Origin: Eledone cirrhosa
Taxonomy: Eukaryota
Direction: 5' to 3'
NCBI GenBank assembly: GCA_964016885.1
Contig: OZ024751.1
Span: forward strand, 25,792,001-25,856,000
Length of the DNA stretch: 64,000 nucleotides
The notes beneath the pieces are model-generated. The model saw only the letters and a list, made by a program, of their open reading frames with translations. It made no database searches and was not told where the DNA came from. The position numbers and the translations under genes are program-made. Shown piece after piece: positions 58,818-64,000 of the stretch (position 1 is its first letter; every line of letters begins with the position of its first letter).

Positions 58818-59006
58818 ATAATTGTTTCTACTTTAGGCACAAGGCCAGCAATTACCCAGTGCATTACTGGTACTTTATTTATCGACCCCGTAAGGATGAA
58901 AGGCAAAGTCAACCTCGGCCGGATTCGAACTCAGATCGTAAAGAGACGTAGCTATGCTGGAAAGCATGGCGTCCGACCCTCTACCGATACTGCCAATCCA
59001 CCGCCC
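58818..59006 (-). mobile_element. SINE family A, full length
   Basis: TSD ATTATCAAATCCTAATAAT. Confidence 0.9.
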
Positions 59007-59292
59007 TTTGATTTGCCACACTGGAGAATATTATCAAATCCTAATAATATTCTCCAATGTGGCAAATCTTAACTTACTTAAAATATGTATAGGATTATAA
59101 GATTGACATTCTCTGTTTCGATTATGACATTTGTAAGTCTTTAATGACAGCTACAGTTAATAAAAATGAATGTGTATAAGGATTAAATATATGTTGGATA
59201 AGGATAAACTATATGGTAAATAAGTACATATGTACATATGTACATATGTGTGTGTAGATCTATCTTTTCTCTCACACACTCTCTCTCTCCCC

Positions 59293-59414
<122 letters not shown>

Positions 59415-59478
59415 ATATGTATATATATATATATATATATACAGTATGTATATACATATATATACAAATATATATATG

Positions 59479-59584
<106 letters not shown>

Positions 59585-59636
59585 CATATATATATTTGTA
59601 TATATATGTATATACATACTGTATATATATATGTAT

Positions 59637-59759
<123 letters not shown>

Positions 59760-59762
59760 CAT

Positions 59763-60031
59763 GGAAGCACGTGGCCTAGTAGTGAGGGTGTTGGACCTTA
59801 ACGTTTTGGGTTCAATTCCTAGACCGGGTTGTGTGTTGTCTTTTTGAGCAAAACACTTTATTTCATGTTGCTCCACTATACTCCACTGAAAATGAGTACC
59901 AGTAATAGCTGGGCATATAACGCTATGATGGTCTCGCGTCCTAGCTAGGGGGGTTGTACTCTCAGTTGCCTGACGACATGGAAACTGGGATAAGCAGCGG
60001 TCTAATGCGCCAGCGGGCTTGAGACTAACTT
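59763..60031 (+). mobile_element. tRNA-derived SINE family B (V-SINE-like)
   Basis: A box TGGCCTAGTAG, B box GGTTCAATTCC, then GTGTTGTCTTTTTGAGCAAAACACTTTATTTCATGTTGCTCCA and a ..GGAAACTGGGATAAGC tail. Related fragments at about 36310-36380 (-), 38490-38680 (+) and 56165-56233 (-). Confidence 0.75.
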
Positions 60032-60127
60032 TGGAGATATATATATACAGAAACATTTTTCTTTATAAAAAGATATCTTTTTATAAAAAAAATAATTTAT
60101 TTAAGTAGAACATTAATTATAAACATT

Positions 60128-60314
60128 CGGTGGATTGGCAGTATCGGTAGAGGGTCGGACGCCATGCTTTCCAGCATAGTTACGTCCCTTTACGATCTGA
60201 GTTCAAATCCCGCTGAGTTCAAATCCAGCCTTTCATCCTTACGGGGTCGATAAAATAAAGTACCAGTAATGAACTGGGTAATTGCTGGCCTTGTGCCTAA
60301 AGTAGAAACAATTA
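60128..60314 (+). mobile_element. SINE family A with duplicated B box
   Basis: CTGAGTTCAAATCC occurs twice; TSD ATTAAT(T/C)ATAAACATTC. Confidence 0.88.
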
Positions 60315-60840
60315 ATCATAAACATTCTAGAAATACCGATTATTTCAGTAACCCCCAAAATATTTCGGTGAACCCTAGATTCCCAGGATGGAAACCACTG
60401 ATCTAGTCTATATCGTTCGCTTGCATAACTATCATTAAATTACTGTGAAGCTAATGGTGTTCTGTCTGAGTATTATTTATGAGTAAATATATTCTGTAGA
60501 AAATGGATTTCAATATTGACGTAAATGTCACCATCAATGGTAATGTTAAGGAAAGAAATTTACAGAGTTTATCTTTCTGAGAGTCTAGAAGAATGTATAA
60601 AATATGTTAGAATATAAGGTTTGTTTTTATATGTAGTGTCATAATACGATTTTATTTTTTTGCAAGGACTAAATGTATATTTTGAGTGAGAGTGTGTTCA
60701 CTTAGTGTATTCTTTTTATTGCCTTTGGAAATATATATATATATATGTGTGTATGTAATTTATATGTATGTATATATATATACATATATATATATATATG
60801 TATTTATGTATGTATGTATGTATGTATGTATGTATGTATG

Positions 60841-60914
<74 letters not shown>

Positions 60915-60985
60915 GCTACACACACACATATATATGAATATAATATATATTTTTTGAATGCATATACATATGTATATACATACGT

Positions 60986-61051
<66 letters not shown>

Positions 61052-61127
61052 ACGTATGTATATACATATGTATATGCATTCAAAAATATATATTATATTC
61101 ATATATATGTGTGTGTGTGTGTGTAGC

Positions 61128-61204
<77 letters not shown>

Positions 61205-62221
61205 ATATTTGTATATATATATATACGTATATATATATATATATATATTGTTATATTATATGTTATATGCTATATAAATGTGTGGGCGCGTGGTCGTGTG
61301 TCTATCGATTATTATAGAAATAAAACTATGTATAAGAAGTAGTTTTACATGTCTATTCCATTGTATTTTGAAACTATGATAGTTCTAACTGTTTAGAACT
61401 ATCATAGTTATGACACAAAACTAAGATGTCCGCTAGTGATCACGTTGTGAAGGTTTCCATCTCACCCTGCCTCATTGATCGAAACCACAAAACGAATTAA
61501 TGAATAATACAGTACTGTATGTGTGCTTGTGTGTTTTGGGCGTTTTACATTTACAATATGACTTACTACCGGCTCAACTATTTCAGTAGTTTACAGATAT
61601 TTCCTTCTATGTGGATAAATTCGTGATTTATATTTACTGTTTAATTATTTCACATATAAGTTCAGTATAGTCCCAATTTCTTATTACTTGTTATACCTTG
61701 ATTATATATATATGTTGATTAGACGATTCGTGATGTAGGTTTAAGGGTTCATGCGTGTCTAGTTACCGCATCTATGTCTGCTGTGTGTGCCAGTTCAGTG
61801 TGTGTTTTCTGCGTGCGTGTGCGTGTGTGTGTGTGTGTGAGAAACTCTTCTCTATCACTCTCTGTAGGTAAATATATGCATATTTTCTTTATATGAGTAT
61901 GCATGCATGGTCCTGTAACATCTGATCGAATCATAGGGGCGTCGTATTGACATAAGGCATTTTTAGGGCATTTCTTTAAACCTAGCGTAGCCCATTCCCT
62001 CCCAGGTAAGAATACAGCAGATTTCTTCCAGAGAAGGAAAGAGAGTGAGAGACGGGAAGTGAGATATTTAGAAGAAGAATCTACCCCGTACTGGAAAGGT
62101 ACTTTTGTTATCGATCCAGAAAGGATGAAAGCCAAAGTTGACTTTGCTGGGATTTGAACTCGGGGAGCCGAAAAACATACTATCCGACGTTCTAACGACT
62201 CACCCAATTCGTCGCCATTAT

Positions 62222-62410
62222 GGTGAATTAGCTGTATCGGTAGAGGGTTTAACGCCATGCTTTGCAGCATAGAGTTACAGCCCTTTATGGTCTGATTTCA
62301 AATCCCGCCGAGGTTAACTTTGCCTTTCATCCTTACAGGGTCGATAAAATAAAACACCAGTAATACACTGGGATAATTGCTGGCCTTGTAGCAAATATAG
62401 AAACAATTAT
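62222..62410 (+). mobile_element. SINE family A, head-to-head with an older minus-strand copy
   Basis: Core and tail intact. Confidence 0.85.
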
Positions 62411-62763
62411 ATGAGTATATTAAGATTAATCCTTTATATAAATTTATTTCGCACAGATATTGTTCCTATCCCCTTACTAAATTGTATTTTGTTGTAGAGC
62501 TTAATGAATACATGCTTCGTTACATGAATTACAATGCAACTTGGAAGATTCGTGTTTGTTTAACTAACATGTTTGTATGTATGTCTCTTTATATAGGCGT
62601 GTGTTTATATGTCAACATAAGAATGTGTGTTTATTTTGTGTGTTTGTATTATGTGTGAATATGTATGTTTCTGTATGCGTATGTGTGTGCATGTGTGTGT
62701 GTGTCTGTATGTGTCTCTCTGTGTGTTTATGCATTTCTTTGTATCTGTATCTCTGTATGTGTT

Positions 62764-62871
<108 letters not shown>

Positions 62872-63234
62872 TACGTGCGTGCGTGTGGCTTTCGCAGATG
62901 TATATCGGTGAAAGATCTGTACACACAATGGCGCCTTAATTAGGTTTCTATCAAAACCTAAATCACAGAAATAGTTTTAATCCTATAAACACTTGTTGTA
63001 AACTAAGAAAAAACAAAACATGTTCACATTTACAGGAAAGCTTTCCATTTAATCTATCTTGTGGTACCTGCTAACAGCTAGGAAAACTGAGCCACCCTAG
63101 TGACAATGGTGGTGAGAGGGGAGAGAGAGACAGAGCAAGATGTGGTGTCCCAGAACCACAAGAGGTCTGGGAACAATGTCACCGGTTGCACTATCGACAC
63201 TGCATCAATATGACTTCTATGCGGGAAATCACTG

Positions 63235-63268
<34 letters not shown>

Positions 63269-63813
63269 TCAAAAACAACAACATCAACAACAACAACTCA
63301 ACATCATCAACAACAACAACAACAACACCTACAACAACACCTACAACAACAACTACAACTACTACTACTACAGCTACAACTACTACTACTACTACAGCTA
63401 CAACTACTACTACAACTACTACTAGTACTACAGCTACAACTACTACTACAACTACTACTACTACAGCTACAACTACTACTGTTACAACTACTACTACTAC
63501 AGCTACAACTACTACTACTACTACTACAGCTACAACTACTACTACTACAACTACTACAACTACTACTACTACAACTACTACTACTACTACAGCTACAACT
63601 ACTACTACTACTACTACAGCTACAACTACTACAACTACAGCTACTACTACTACAACTACTACTACTACTACAGCTACAACTACTACTACTACTACGGCTA
63701 CTACTACTACTACAACTACTACTACTACTACAACTACTACTACAACTACAGCTACAACTACTACTACAACTACTACAGCTACAACTACTACTACTACTAC
63801 AACTACTACTACA

Positions 63814-63846
<33 letters not shown>

Positions 63847-63847
63847 G

Positions 63848-63884
<37 letters not shown>

Positions 63885-64000
63885 AGCTACAACTACTACT
63901 ACAACTACAGCTACTACTACTACAGCTACAACTACTACTACTACTACAACTACTACTACAACTACTACTACTACTACTACTACTACTACAGCTACAACTA
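63235..64000. repeat. (CAA)n grading into (CTA)n with CAA/CAG interruptions
   Basis: Seen directly; runs off the end of the window. Confidence 0.98.

Noticed and set aside
61372-61409. Short hairpins (also 7085-7169 and 14880-14945) as terminators or miRNA precursors
   Set aside because: They are AT-rich fold-back remnants with no independent support.

Overview
AT-rich eukaryotic (metazoan) non-coding DNA, saturated with microsatellites and retroelement debris. The repeat content resembles an octopod cephalopod genome, but that is an inference. No intact host gene is visible, and almost all ORFs in the track are translations of simple repeats. Recognisable elements: (i) about 20 copies or fragments of one tRNA-headed SINE, plus a V-SINE-like family; (ii) a 5'-truncated Penelope-like element (RT + GIY-YIG, Naiad-like) at 39.7-41.2 kb; (iii) two R4/Dong-type RLE LINE fragments that each start right after a (TAA)n tract; (iv) RTE-related non-autonomous elements and RTE, Tx1 and Gypsy remnants; (v) several minisatellites. 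The most striking signal is a dense set of short Penelope-derived fold-back (inverted-repeat) inserts in (TA)n tracts that carry type I hammerhead ribozymes from at least 5-7 sequence families. These include two spacerless palindromes of about 330 and 400 bp with back-to-back hammerheads, and a multicopy family with a non-canonical CAGAAGA (U4A) core attached to the Penelope ORF. All folds and alignments were done by eye.
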